Origin: Cirrosporium novae-zelandiae | Lineage: Eukaryota | NCBI GenBank assembly: GCA_026023565.1 | Contig: JAPETS010000010.1 | Coordinates: 310,001-374,000, forward strand | DNA length: 64,000 bases | Direction: 5' to 3' | In this document: one piece after another, positions 12,669 through 24,886 of the stretch | Layout: every line of letters begins with the position of its first letter | Numbering within the stretch: the first letter of the stretch is position 1 | Position numbers and translations under genes: made by a program | Notes under the pieces: generated by a model | Told to the model about the DNA's origin: nothing | Seen by the model: only the letters and a program-made list of their open reading frames with translations | Databases searched by the model: none

Positions 12669-14732
12669 ATAAGCCCCTTGAGAATACAATCATATAATTC
12701 ATTTTCCCCCCCCATTCCTGATATCAAAAAACTAGTTTGACAGAACAATTAGATTGATTGATTACCTAGGTACTTATTCACAGGATTTTGCCCCTTTTTG
12801 TGTTTATTATGTTATCATCATTGAAGCGTGACCTATATTGACTAGGTAGGTAGGGTTGATTATTAGACTATCTCGATCTTTTGTCTCATCAAGGAACTGA
12901 CTGCTCCCAAGGCAGGCAGGACAGACAGGACAGGCAGGGCACATACAATTTCAGGTCGCGCGCAAAATTCGAAGAGTTTTTTTTTCGCTGGAAGTAGCTA
13001 AGTACTGTATTTGGGTAATTTTGTTCTGGATCCTACTGTAGCTAGTAGTAGCACACATACAACACCTTCTTCTTCTGACAAGTCCAGGGGCTAGATAGAC
13101 ATACTTGAGAGCGAAAAAGGGTATTTTGTGACTAATTAAAGTCTATTGCTTAGGAAGTAAATAAGATAGATAGGTCGAGTTGTAGATGAAGAATGATTTA
13201 TCTATTTTTTTTTATCGGTGGCTACCTGTAAGTTTGAACTGAACTGGGTCTTGGTTAATGTAGAATAAGGAACTCCATTTGGTGTTCACACCCATGGTAG
13301 TGAAATTATTGGATGTCTTAGTAGTAGTACCGTCGTGATTAATCAGTTTAATTTGATGGAGAAGGGGCTATGAAAGGTTGCTTACTATGCCAAACAATAT
13401 TTGTGGATTTGAACGCATCAATGGTAGTAGTACTTCTTCAGGGGATATTTGTTTCGGCATATACTGAGAGAGAATCTCTCTAAGACAGCTTAAGAACCTG
13501 GTTAACTATAAATTTTCCCATGTCGATAATAGGCACGTGAATGTGTTAAATCAGCTTTGCATTTTATTTTCCTAATGCGAGAAATGAAGAACTCAAGCCC
13601 GTTAGTTAGGCTCTGCTGCAGACCTCCTCGGCCAAGTAAGTGTCTGGATGAATTTCAAAAGGAACAATAGCGAAAGGCCTCTGGCAGCAGAAGTTCGTTG
13701 TAAACTTGATTGTTCGTTAAGAGGGATATTAGTGAAGCATGATGTTGCATCTTTCAAACCTGCTCCTGACTTGTTCACTATCTGCTTTTGACTAGGCATG
13801 AGGCAATAGTTAGACTTTGCGCCGTATCTCGAGCGAGGGGGAAGCGAATAAGGGAAGTTGACTCTGGTATTTGCCTCGGGCCATTTTGAATAATGGAATA
13901 ATGATCAGAAACTGTGAAGAGAATAACGGTTATGGATGAAAAAAAAATCGGTCGTTGCTCAACAGAGAAGATATGGGTCGAAGGATCGACTTCGTTCACT
14001 CTCATACAAGTCTGATTGCGTCGGACACAGCTCATCGCCGCAGTACATAACTCATCGTGGCAATACGTATTGTTGTAAGGAATTCGTAAATGGATGGCCG
14101 CAGGGTTTTTAGTACTAGATACTTTCAACGTAGCTCTTGATACATGGTTCAGGAGCATGAACTATACATACTGTAGCTCGCATGGATGATGAATTTAGTA
14201 ATATTTTTGTTTCTTGGAGTATAGTCCTTATTATATAAAGATCAATCACAGTGGGCGATTATCGGTATGATCTAAATAGGGTTAGCAATGTGCTAGAGAT
14301 TTCTTTCATGAAGCTACAAACCACTATCTAATTTTATTCAGGTCACGTAGATTTACTGCTTCTGTCATGTCAGCCTGTAAGAGATGTACATGGAAAGATA
14401 TTTAACCATTAAGCCACGGAATTAATATATTAAAATGGCAATAATAGAATTAATATCACTTACCTCATCAATACTAGTAAGCAAGAGTTAGAACCTAGAT
14501 ATCTTAATTATACGGTAAACGAGAGATAATGGATATAAAGTATGTTAGGGAAGAGTGTAACCTTAAGGATATGTGCTACCAAGGAAGCCATAGGTTGATA
14601 TCAAGACTGGTTTCTCGAGATCGAATAAGCACCTCTCTCAAGAGAGGAATAAAAACCGAGCTGTTTGATAAATATTTTAGTTTAGAATACTATAAGCATC
14701 TATTTTAGTTATAAGTCGTTCATTTTCGTATC

Positions 14733-15331
14733 TCATTCCCTTTGTAGTACAACCATCAGTCCCATCAATCCCAGCATAACTGTTTTCAGCCAAGGATGCT
14801 CGCTCAGCATAATGGTCACGTAGCCTACCATAGGAACATATCCTCTGACACTACCGATGACGTCTCTTGATCTGGTCAAATACTTTTGGTTTCTTGCGTA
14901 GAGCTCGGTGTCATCCGCAATGTTGTTGTCGCCCTTGGTCAAGAGCTGTAGTGGTTTTTCCCTAAATTATAAAACGTCAACCTCTATTTTTCTCAAGTAC
15001 TAGATCAAGCCTCTACTTGAAGGCCGTCAACTCACCCCCCTCCGAATCTCCTAACAACCCTATGCACAATTGGAATATCTTTTCCTGGTACATTGTAGAC
15101 AACCACTTCTCCAACTTGGGTATTCATGTCCCTATTCCAAAGGAATAATAAGTCGCCTCGTTGAAACGCTGGCTCCATAGATCCAGACAATACCACAACA
15201 ATCGGGGATGGCGAGTCTGTCATAACGGAGAGGCCTTTCCACATCATGAATGCAGTAGTGAGGATAAGAGCGAAGTTGAGGACTTGAGCAAGCACCTGGC
15301 GGGGCTGCTGCCCTGAGAGGGATGACAACAT
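14733..15331 (-). CDS. SEC11: Signal peptidase complex catalytic subunit; exons 15331-15036, 14961-14733
   Basis: [32 protein letters not shown] and [10 protein letters not shown] motifs; in-phase GTGAGT..TAG intron. Confidence 0.97.
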
Positions 15332-16496
15332 GATCCGAGGACAGAAGAATGGATAGATACTGGTTATTTGTAATCTAATAGGCGCGGGAAAAGGAAATTC
15401 ACGTGTGGTTTGGTGGATAGCAAGGTCAACGGGCAAAGTTCAAGTTACGAAGAGCGGGTTCAAAAGGCCAAGTAGGCACGCCGGAATGGGCCTACTTGGT
15501 TGCTTGATGGCTTCCAATAATGTCAGTTCTTGGCTACATATAACTTGTATCCCACCTTAAAGAAGGATAATTGCGTACCTTGGTCAATTGTTTAGTTAAT
15601 GGTCAATGGAAATTGGGAAAGGTTTATAACATCAGCAAGCATTGTATTAGTTTAACCATGCCAGAGCCTCTATTTTGTATACAATCCATTGGCCAACCCT
15701 AATTTATCTAATGACAACCCCCTTCAAGATTTCATTACTATTTAGCAAGAGACTACCCGATGGCAATACTTCTATTGACAACTATGCTAGGTAAATTCAC
15801 TTGGTAGCCCTTCCAAATACTTGATTCATTTTCTAGACCTCAATTGCAAGCCCCCTCCCTCTAAAAACGGAAAGAAAGTATTGGGGGCTTGGCTCTGAAT
15901 TCCCATCTGCTACCTTTGGTCTGTCTGTAGAATATAATCCTTTCGTGATATTGGCCTTTCGGCCATAAAATCACAACAAGATCACATTATAGTATAATTC
16001 TAAGCTCTTGATCTTTAAGCCTCTAAAAGTATACCTATTCTTATTAAACCTAGAGACCCCCTTCACATGAATTAGCGAATCCTATTCCCTTCGATGCCTG
16101 CCCATATTTTAGTGTTGAGATGTCTGAAATAGTTAGTCTTTCTCGTATCAACATGACATAGTCAGGAAAATCCAGGTATTCGATAAGACGTTGAGTCATA
16201 TATATATATTTCATTTCATCAAAATCAGATACCTATGCTGGTAGGTAGGCAGGTCGGTATTCATGCATAACCCAATACATCCCCCAAACCCCATTGATCC
16301 CAGCCCTAGGAGAACATCAAATAAACATCCCATGGTATCTCATACGTACAGTTCTTGTCCAATAAAGTCATTAATCTTTCAAGAAGCACAAGAACACCCC
16401 AAATTGTATGCTACCCAATCAAAGACAAGTTAAAGATCATATCCTGAAATTCCATACTTCCGCAGCGATGAAAAGAAACTCGATAATCACGCTCTT

Positions 16497-18906
16497 TTAA
16501 CCGCTTTCTTCTTTGGGGTCGGAATCCATATCCTCGTCCTCATCATCCTCGTCAATACCAGTTCCCAGTTCACCTTCAACTTCTTCAACAACAAAGCCTT
16601 CATAGTCTTCCAGACTTTTCTGGATATGGACTTTAAATTTGATGACATCATTGAGCATTCGTTCAATCTCCGTGTGAAGTTCTTCTCGGAGAGCGTTAGC
16701 ACGAAGGGTTAGCTGCTCATACCTATTGAGGGTTAATTATGTTAGCCATCTACTCTAGACATAGAGCCTATAACACTAATGTACTTACTCAATATTTGTA
16801 TTCATTTCTCTTTGTTCCATCAACTGGACGCTCTCAGTGAGCGTTGCCCGCATCTTTGCGAGCTCTTTCTCCATCCTCTCAATCTGCGTATCTGAAGCAA
16901 GCTTCTGAGTGGTAGTCACCTCCTTTGTCTTCTCGAACTCTTCTTCTGCGGCTCGAACACGATGTTCTAGAGCTTCAACTTCAGCTCTTTTTTCATCAAT
17001 GGCTTCGTTGATCGAGTCTAGAAACTCGTAATTTTGCATGTCGGCATCGCTTGCTTCCCGCCGGCGATCATTAATTTCCTTCTTTAGTTTAGTGAGGTCG
17101 TTCCGAACCGAGCCACGAATATCAATATTCAATAGGTGAGCTGGGTTATAGCCCGTGGTTGCATCTGCGAGGAGACGATCTTCGTCAGGGCTATTCGGTC
17201 GCTGGAAGGAGTTACCCATTTGAGAAGCAGAAAAGTTCGGGCCTTCATTGACATTGAGGGAAAGCTCGTAGTCGATCTCATGAGCGTTTGCTGCCGTTGA
17301 AGGAATCAAACCAATCTGATAACCTAGGGAATTGAACTTCTCGACAACACGCTCCAATTCCTCGAGCTTCTTGTTGGCTTCGAGCTCCTTTTCAGCAACC
17401 TTTTTCTTGACTTCCTCGAGCCGGATAGCAGTAGAAGCAACACCTTTCTGAAGGCGATCTCGTTCCGTGTTCATGCGGTCGATGTCTTGAATTGTGATGC
17501 CTTGCTTATCCACACTATCCTGAAGATCTGCCCTCTCTTTTTCCGCTTCGGCCAGCTCGGCTTCAGTTCTCTCTATCTCCTCCATCAAGAATTTTACCCT
17601 TGTTTCATACTTTTCGATCTTGGCCTCAACGCTGTTGTTATATTCCTCGAACTTCCGCTTGTCATCTTCGAGGATCTTGAAATGTTTATCCAACTTGGCA
17701 ATATCAGGAGCACTCTTTTCAAATTCCTCTATCTGATCTCGTAACACCTTATTTTCCGCTTCAAGGGCCGACACCTCTTCAGTATATCTCTGGTTACTCT
17801 TCTCGAACTCTGCAGCCATGGCTTGAACATGGGGAATCAGAAGTTTGTCCGCATCATCGTCGGTGTCATCTTCGCCAACTTGCAGCCAATCTCGGTATGC
17901 CCCTGATAGAAATCGAAAGATGATTCGATCACCGGAGACATCCACACCAGCCTCGCCACAAGCTCCATCGTATTCACCAACACTGTACCTCTCTAGCATC
18001 TGGGCAAGCTGCATCATCCAGTGCAGCATCCCCAAAAATGTGTGCCAATTCTGTCCTCCTACAGCGGCGATCTGACTCTTCGTGATGCTCTTTTCGAATG
18101 GATACCTCAGCTGTTTTAGAATCGGCGGAACTTCTTGGTCAATGTTTTTTTGAAACCTGTATGAGGGATCAATACGATGATATATCCATTGGAAGATGTA
18201 GTTGAAATCCTTCTGTGTAGGCGATCTAAGAGTGTTCTGGCCCAGCTGATGTTTCATCTCGAGCTCAAAATTATTTTGTGTCATGTACTCTAATAGTTCT
18301 TGTCCAATCTGTGTCTGGAACGAACGATCTCTCAATGGTCGAGGGTCCTTTGGAACACCAGCTGGCACAGGCCCTTGCTGAAAAAATGACTGATGTCCCA
18401 TAGGGCCTATAGAAGAGGGCCTTGAATATACACTACTTCTCCGCTGCAGGCTTTGTGAAGCAGACATCGGAACTGCTAATGCGCTTCCTGGCGCATAGCT
18501 TTTTCTGCCTGTACTTCCACTTTGGAAAATATCGGCTGTTGAGGAACGCTTTACGGTGGACATACTGCCAAGGTTTGCGAGGCTATCTCTAGATGATGTG
18601 CGCTGGAACATCGGTTGAGCTGGTCGACCAGGAGCAAGGGACATTCGTGATCCAGAGGTAGATCGCCCATGCTGAGCTGTATATGGGCCTATAGAATTAG
18701 ATCGTTTTAATACGGAGGCCGGCTGGGGGATGGAAGTGTTGTATTGAATTGCGCCTAGAGTCTGGTGAAGTGAAAATTAGCTAAATGACGTTCTATTCTT
18801 TGCAGCGACTGCTGCGGTTCACCAATGAAAGGAAATGTAACTCGGCGAAATGAATACATACTTCGCGCGGACGCCGAACGCTGAAAAGCCCCGTGTCTTG
18901 CGACAT
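16497..18906 (-). CDS. NDC80: Kinetochore protein Ndc80/Hec1; exons 18906-18862, 18761-16789, 16722-16497
   Basis: [51 protein letters not shown] (CH domain), followed by a long coiled coil. Both introns splice in frame. Confidence 0.96.
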
Positions 18907-19249
18907 GGCGGGCCTTTTGTTAAATTTGTTGCGCTTTGCAGTATTTGATTGTAAAGAAGGATATGTAGACGAATTGTTGAACCTAAATATCGGTGATATC
19001 TCATAGCTATGGGGAAATGAAGTAAACAAGCTAAAGTGTAAACAATCCATGGATAGTGGCACGTGACCGAAGCTTCTCTCTCTTGCCTCGGCCTGAAAGT
19101 TATCCCCGGCCACTCATTTACTAGAGAGGAACTCCTCATCCTTAATTAATCATTCTTTCTTACCTTCACTTTCTTCGTGTTATGTCTTCTGATAAGTACT
19201 AAGGCCTTCTTTTTTTATTTAATCCAAAACGCGATAAATTTATTTCATC

Positions 19250-20582
19250 ATGGTCCGCGAAGATCTTGTTGCATCCGCTGTGAGCTATTTTGCGATTGTC
19301 TAATATATTCCTTTACTAATGAATGCCTAGGTATCCTGTATGCATTATTGACCTCAATTGAGAGCTTTTTATCTTATGTTCTCAGACTAACATACGTCTT
19401 TACCTTAATAGTCCTCCAAGATCCCTCTGTTGCTACTTCCCCCGTCGAGAAACGCATAGCTTTCCTCCAGTCGAAGAACCTAACACAAGAAGAAATTGAC
19501 ACCGCCCTCTCCCGAGCAGAGGATTCATCACCACCATCATCATCCTCTTCCTCCTCCGTTTCAGTCGCTACCCCCCCTTCCTCTTCAGGTTCATCACACC
19601 ATGGTTACGGATATCAAAAGTCCCAGCCCGTGAGACAGCCTACGTATCCGTCCAATGGAGGGTTTGGGCAATATCCTCCTGGATGGACTGCGCCACCCGA
19701 GTAAGTGCAACGAAATCGCTCACTATAATTACAATTGACGGAGTTCTGATTCTATATAGACCCCCTCACCGTGACTGGCGCGACTGGTTCATTATGGCCA
19801 CTGTTACCGGTGGTGTCTCTTACGGCCTTTACACTCTCACAAAACGCTACATTGTCCCTCTAATTGCTCCTCCCACCCCTCCACAGCTCGAACAAGATAA
19901 AAATGCCATTGACGAACAATTCAACCGTGCCTTCACTCTCCTAGATCAGCTGTCCACTGATACTTCGGCTCTTAAATCCGCCGAAGAAGCTCGTACAGAA
20001 CGCCTGGACTCAGCTTTGTCCGAGCTTGAGACAGCCGTCCGAGACCTCAAAGCCTCTAACCAAATAAGGGAAGACGAGAACAGGAGGATCGAGGCCGAGG
20101 TGAGAAGTTTAAGGGATGGGCTAAAGCACGCATTAGACGGGGTGAGAGAGAAAGGGGAAAGAAGGCTGGGAGAATTAGGATCCGAAATGAAGAGCTTGAA
20201 GGTGCTGGTTGGTAATAGGATGGCAGGGTCGACAAATACGTCTAGCTCAATCAACACACCAGCTCCATCTACGGCGAATACCATGGCCACCGCTCCTTCG
20301 GCCGCTACTGGCGTTCCAGGACTCCAGAATGGTCTCAATAAATCTCCTCTCCCCACTCCGGGGGCGGGCATCCACACGCCATCATTTACTTCAGCAAACG
20401 TAACAGGAGACAATGCAGGAAGAGCAGCAAGCCCCGCCACCATAGGTACAAGATCAACGCCAACACCTTTCGGGGCGGCAGCAGGTAGACCAGCCATCCC
20501 TGCATGGCAAATGGCGGCCGCGAACAAGGCTGATGAGGAGAAGAAAGAGGAGATGCCAATGGCAGCCGCGAGCGCCTCATAA
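19250..20582 (+). CDS. PEX14: Peroxisomal membrane docking protein Pex14; exons 19250-19279, 19331-19337 (7-nt micro-exon), 19412-19700, 19760-20582
   Basis: Spliced N-terminus MVREDLVASAVSFLQDPSV..SPVEKRIAFLQSKNLTQEEI; RDWRDWFIMAT; C-terminal IPAWQ. Confidence 0.95.
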
Positions 20583-20941
20583 TAAAAGCAGCCGTAGTCT
20601 AACTTTGTGGATGGGATAATTATATAGTATACAAGTTTTTTTTTGGGGGTTGATTCTTGGTATGTATGGAAGGAAAGCGGAATAAGTGGGAATTGCGCTT
20701 TAACGGGAGCCCGGAAAGCGAAAGCATGTACGTTCAGGTGGAATTATCTTCGAGGGTTGCTTACCATAAATAAAATGTATTGGTATTCTGCTATATTTGG
20801 CAAGGCACAACTGGCTGCCAAATGCATAACGAGCATTTTCTTCAATCCTTTTAAATCCAACATATTCCTTGAGCCATCTATAACAGCACAAAACCGATCC
20901 ACATCAGCCCCCCCAAAAAGAATACAAAACACATATCCCTC

Positions 20942-23087
20942 CTACTTCCTCCCCTTCCCCTTCTTCTTTTTCCCTCCACCTCCACCCCCACCACTAACTT
21001 TCGGCGCCTCCACCTTCTCTTCCACAACACCTCCCTGCATACCCCCAGCATCCTTACTCTTCTCCTCCTGCCCCCTCCGGCCCTTCTTCCCCTTCTTAGG
21101 CCTCCATCCACTTCGATCATGCAGTGGTAGCCACCTCTCCGGATCCGCCTTCCTCCCTTCCTCCGCTGCCTTCGGAATTCTATTCTTACGCACGCGTTTT
21201 TTCTGCGGTGCAGACGCAGCATTAGTAGGCGCGGATCGCTTCAGCGAAGCGAGTGGCGCAGAGACGAAGTTTGGGATTCCGGCGTCCTCGAGGGTTGCGG
21301 GGGAAGGGGTGTCTTTAAGCAAGGTTTCTAACGGGGTTAGGATGGAGAGGTCTTTTGAGGTGGAAGGATGGGGAGATGAGGCGATGGTGCCGATTTTTGC
21401 GAAGGGGGATGTTGGGTCCTGGGTTGAGAGGAAGGAGAAGAGTTTTGTGGCCAGTGCTGTGTGGGAGGGGTTGGGCGAGGTGAGGAGGATGGGGCCGGCG
21501 TGTTGGAGGAGGCGGATTATGCTTTGGGGTGAGGTGGATGATGTGGTCGGTTCATCGAGCCAGTAGGAGCATGTTTTGAAAAGGGTGTTTGATATGGCGT
21601 TTTGGCGGTTTTGTAGTCCATATAGGGATGTTAGAAGCGCAGTTAGGGTTGGGGAGTTGATGATTTGCGGGTCCGGATCCGGGGAAGAGGAGAGGAGGGC
21701 AAAAAATGTTTCGAGAGTAGATATCGCAGACGTCAGGTTTGTTGGTGTGGAGGTGATGTAGAGTTGGATAAGCGTCAGTCGTAGGCCGAGGTCTAGGGGC
21801 CGCTGAGAGAGAAGGTGTTGGAGGAATTTGATAGCTGCTTTTACCGGATTGGGGGTGGACTGCTGCTGAGAAGTTTGAGGGTGTGGAGGATGGGACGCTA
21901 GGTTTGCGGCGGCATTGAGGATAGACATGCAGTTCGTGGTAGGATCGAGCGCAGGAACTGGATGCGTAGAAAGGTATTTGGAGGTCGCCTTGGTGACGGC
22001 GGAGGGCTTTGACGCCAGGAGATCAAAGACGTAGGCATTGAGCGCTCGAAGGGAGATCTGGTAGGTGAAGAGGTAGTCGGATTTGGGGAGAGTAGGTGTG
22101 GAGTTGAAGAGACGGTGGCTTAAATAGGGATTGGTGAGTTTGGTCGACGCCAAAATGTTGTTTTGGGCGATAATCCGGGTGGAGGCGTCGGGAATGCTGA
22201 GTTTACGTTGTTAGAATGCATTGAAGGAAAAGGAACTAGAATTCACCTTGGTAGAGTTATGGAAGATGCAAGTTTCTCAGCCTCTTCTTTTTTGTTAAGC
22301 CTTGTTAGGACCAAGAGCTCTTGTACCTGCATAGGAAGAAGTTCTGCTGTCTTCTCATCATCCGTGAGGTCATCTAGGGCAGTACAGAGGGCTGCAATGA
22401 TAGCCATTAGCACTCAATTCTTTCAGATGCACTGGGATATTTACCCTTCGCCCGTTTCAGAAGGATCTCTGCTTGAACAAACTCCACTCTGGAGATACAA
22501 CCACAAGCAGCATTATATGCCCTCTCAAAAGCTTCCAGGTCCTCCCTAGTCGCCTTCTTTTTCTCCACCAGTTCTCCTTTCCCTTGCCATTCGAGTTGTG
22601 CGTCTACTGCGCCCTTGTTGATTCGTAAATCGCTATCTTCGTCCCTCGGGTCTTTCAAAAGCTCTTCGTAGATTTCCGCAGCCCTTCCAAAGTCCTCTGC
22701 TCGATAATTCTTTTATTTATACAGTCAGCGTTTATTTTCTTCGGCGAGTGAGGCGATACAGTAACGTACAGCCTGCGCCTCGACATGTTTTGCACCTCTA
22801 TGGCCCTCTATTTCCTTCGATATCTTCTCCGCCTCTTCCAATTCACCCGTTTTATATAGGGCATAGGCATGTTCTAATGCTGCTTGCTTCTTCAACTTGT
22901 CTCCCCCATCTGCGAGAACCCTCAAGACATCTTCATAACGGTCTTGTTTTATCAGTGCGACAACTTTGTGGTGTTGAGCTTCGACATCGGTCTTGGACTT
23001 TTTCAGGGCTGCGTTGCACTTTTTGATGACTTCTTCGGGATCGTCCAGATCAAGACCCTGGAGCAGGTCGCTGAGGGAGGCAGGCAT
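20942..23087 (-). CDS. SRP72: Signal recognition particle subunit SRP72; exons 23087-22770, 22709-22445, 22391-22247, 22196-20942
   Basis: N-terminal TPR region (KVVALIKQDRY, LEHAYALYK, HVEAQA/NYRAEDF) and C-terminal RNA-binding DPERWLP..DRS motif. All three introns splice in phase. Confidence 0.95.
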
Positions 23088-23790
23088 TGCGTTTACCTAG
23101 GTAGTTATTGGGAATTCAGCTTGACATTGGGAGCCCGAAGGTATCGTTTTCATAGGACTGAGAGCATGTCTTGTTGAGGCTGAATCGTTTCCAAAAAGTT
23201 GTGGGATCGTCCCCGGGTTTTGATAATGGTGTGGGTTCTGCCACTGTGGACTGTGGCCCCACCAATGACACTTTGTGGGTTAAGAGGGGTTTTGAACAAA
23301 ACTGTCCCGGGATCAGATACAAAATTATAATTAATTGTAGATCCTCCATTAAAATTATTTCGGATCTCATCCTACTCGAAGACCTCCCTAGCATGTTATA
23401 AATAATTGAAAACCAGCGTATGTGGACCATATACATTAGGTCAAATTCGTGCATTTCAAACTCAATTAGATGTTATGTCGATTACCTGAGCGTGTATTAT
23501 TATTACTTCCTGAACAGATCTCTAATCATGACCTATGAACGGTTCTTGAATCTTACAAAATGAAGGTAATGAGTGGCTTTAAATATTGTAAGTCAAGACC
23601 GAAGCTGGTTCTTCGGTCGCAAAACGCATTCAATGGCGCTAATTATTTGCGCTGGTTTTAAGCCTTAAAGCTATGTAATCTAAAATAAGCTGAAAAGAAA
23701 GAATATACGCATATCATCACTAGTATCACTGCTTAACAGTCAATCCCGAAAAAAAGAGTTAGCCGAGAGAGTCAGTCTGGATGATCCAGT

Positions 23791-24886
23791 TCAGTGAATC
23801 CTGGCCATCCCCTCTGTATTAAAGAGCTGTCCGAGACTCCCCTTTGCGGTTTCAATAAAAGGGAAAGCGCTTCGTTTCTCATAGGAAAGCCCGTCATCAA
23901 GCTGAGTAGAACCATTTTCAATTGCCTGAGTATTCATCGGCAAGGCGTGCGGAACACTGAAAGCAGTGAGCTCCGTAAGGCCTGCAGTAGCATGTGGAGT
24001 CACCAAGTCAATAGACTTGGCCGCATAGTATGAAAATGGATTATGGCGCGGCGCAAGTGGGCGCATGGCGAAGCTATAAGGTGGGCTTGTGCTAAGAGAA
24101 GAAGAAGCCGTGGACGCCGTTGTTAAAGGAGGCGTAACTAGTCCGGCCATGGAGGTTGTGCTGCTACGCGCAAAGAGATGTCGCTGAGGAGCCACGCCTC
24201 CAGCATTATTAAGGCTTGACGTGGAGTGATGATACTTGGACAAATATTGGAGGGCTTCGGAATTTCCAGTACGACCTACTACTTTTGGTTTCCATTCGGT
24301 GGGATCAAGATCTTGTTTGAAATCATGAAGTTGAGGAGGTATCCGTGTAACAGGAGTTGTAGGAGATCTAGGTGTCACGACGTTGCGTGGGGGTGTAGTA
24401 CAAGTCGTATCAGGATCAAAAGGAGAGTATGTAGATGTTGGAGATGCCATTGGATAGGTGATAGGTTTGGCACTATCTTTTTTACGACAGCTACAGATTA
24501 TGTTAGGAACTGAAGTTATCACGTTTTGATATCAGGAGGGTATACCTTTCTGAACAATAGAGCATGGAGCTGTTTGGAACAACAATTTGCTTTTCGCATG
24601 TAGCGCTGTCTTCAGGTTAGGAATTCCAACTCAAGCTTGGCAGTTAATTTAAAAAGATATTTACGAACCAATATTGCAAAAAGCTAGAGTCCATTAGTTC
24701 CTCTTCCTCCTCCGAATTATCTTTCTCTTCGGGGTGTTTCTTCTCAGCGCGCTTGCTATTTTTCGAAAGCTTGAGGGTCGATTGAGTTCGTCTCGACAAT
24801 AATGTCGGCCGGGCGGGCCTCAGGATAGTTTTTCTGACATTTGGAGGAGGGGTAGTGTTACGATTTGCAGGGTTGGAGAGAGTCAT
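23791..24886 (-). CDS. Ecl1/2/3-family (life-span regulatory) zinc-binding protein; exons 24886-24669, 24605-24546, 24490-23791
   Basis: Splicing rebuilds FLQYCATCEKQIVVPNSSMLYCSESCRKKD, the CxxC...YCSxxC signature of the Ecl1 family. The C-terminus is Ser/Thr/Pro-rich and ends LSYEKR..KGSLGQLF. Confidence 0.88.

Noticed and set aside
13962..13972. ACAGAGAAGAT resembling the U6 snRNA ACAGAGA box
   Set aside because: The following TAGCATGGCCCCTG and the rest of U6 are absent.
13602..14158. 126-aa and 65-aa minus-strand ORFs with a degenerate 20-nt duplication (YCHDELC/YCGDELC)
   Set aside because: The two copies are in different frames and no coherent gene model emerges.
14276..14286. Telomere- or telomerase-template-like hits (CTAACCCTA on the minus strand here; AACCCTAA near 15694 and 51899)
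   Set aside because: Isolated 8-9-mers with no tandem array and no supporting pseudoknot or three-way-junction evidence.
20643..21566. 307-aa plus-strand ORF
   Set aside because: Antisense shadow of the compositionally skewed last exon of SRP72; no recognisable motifs.
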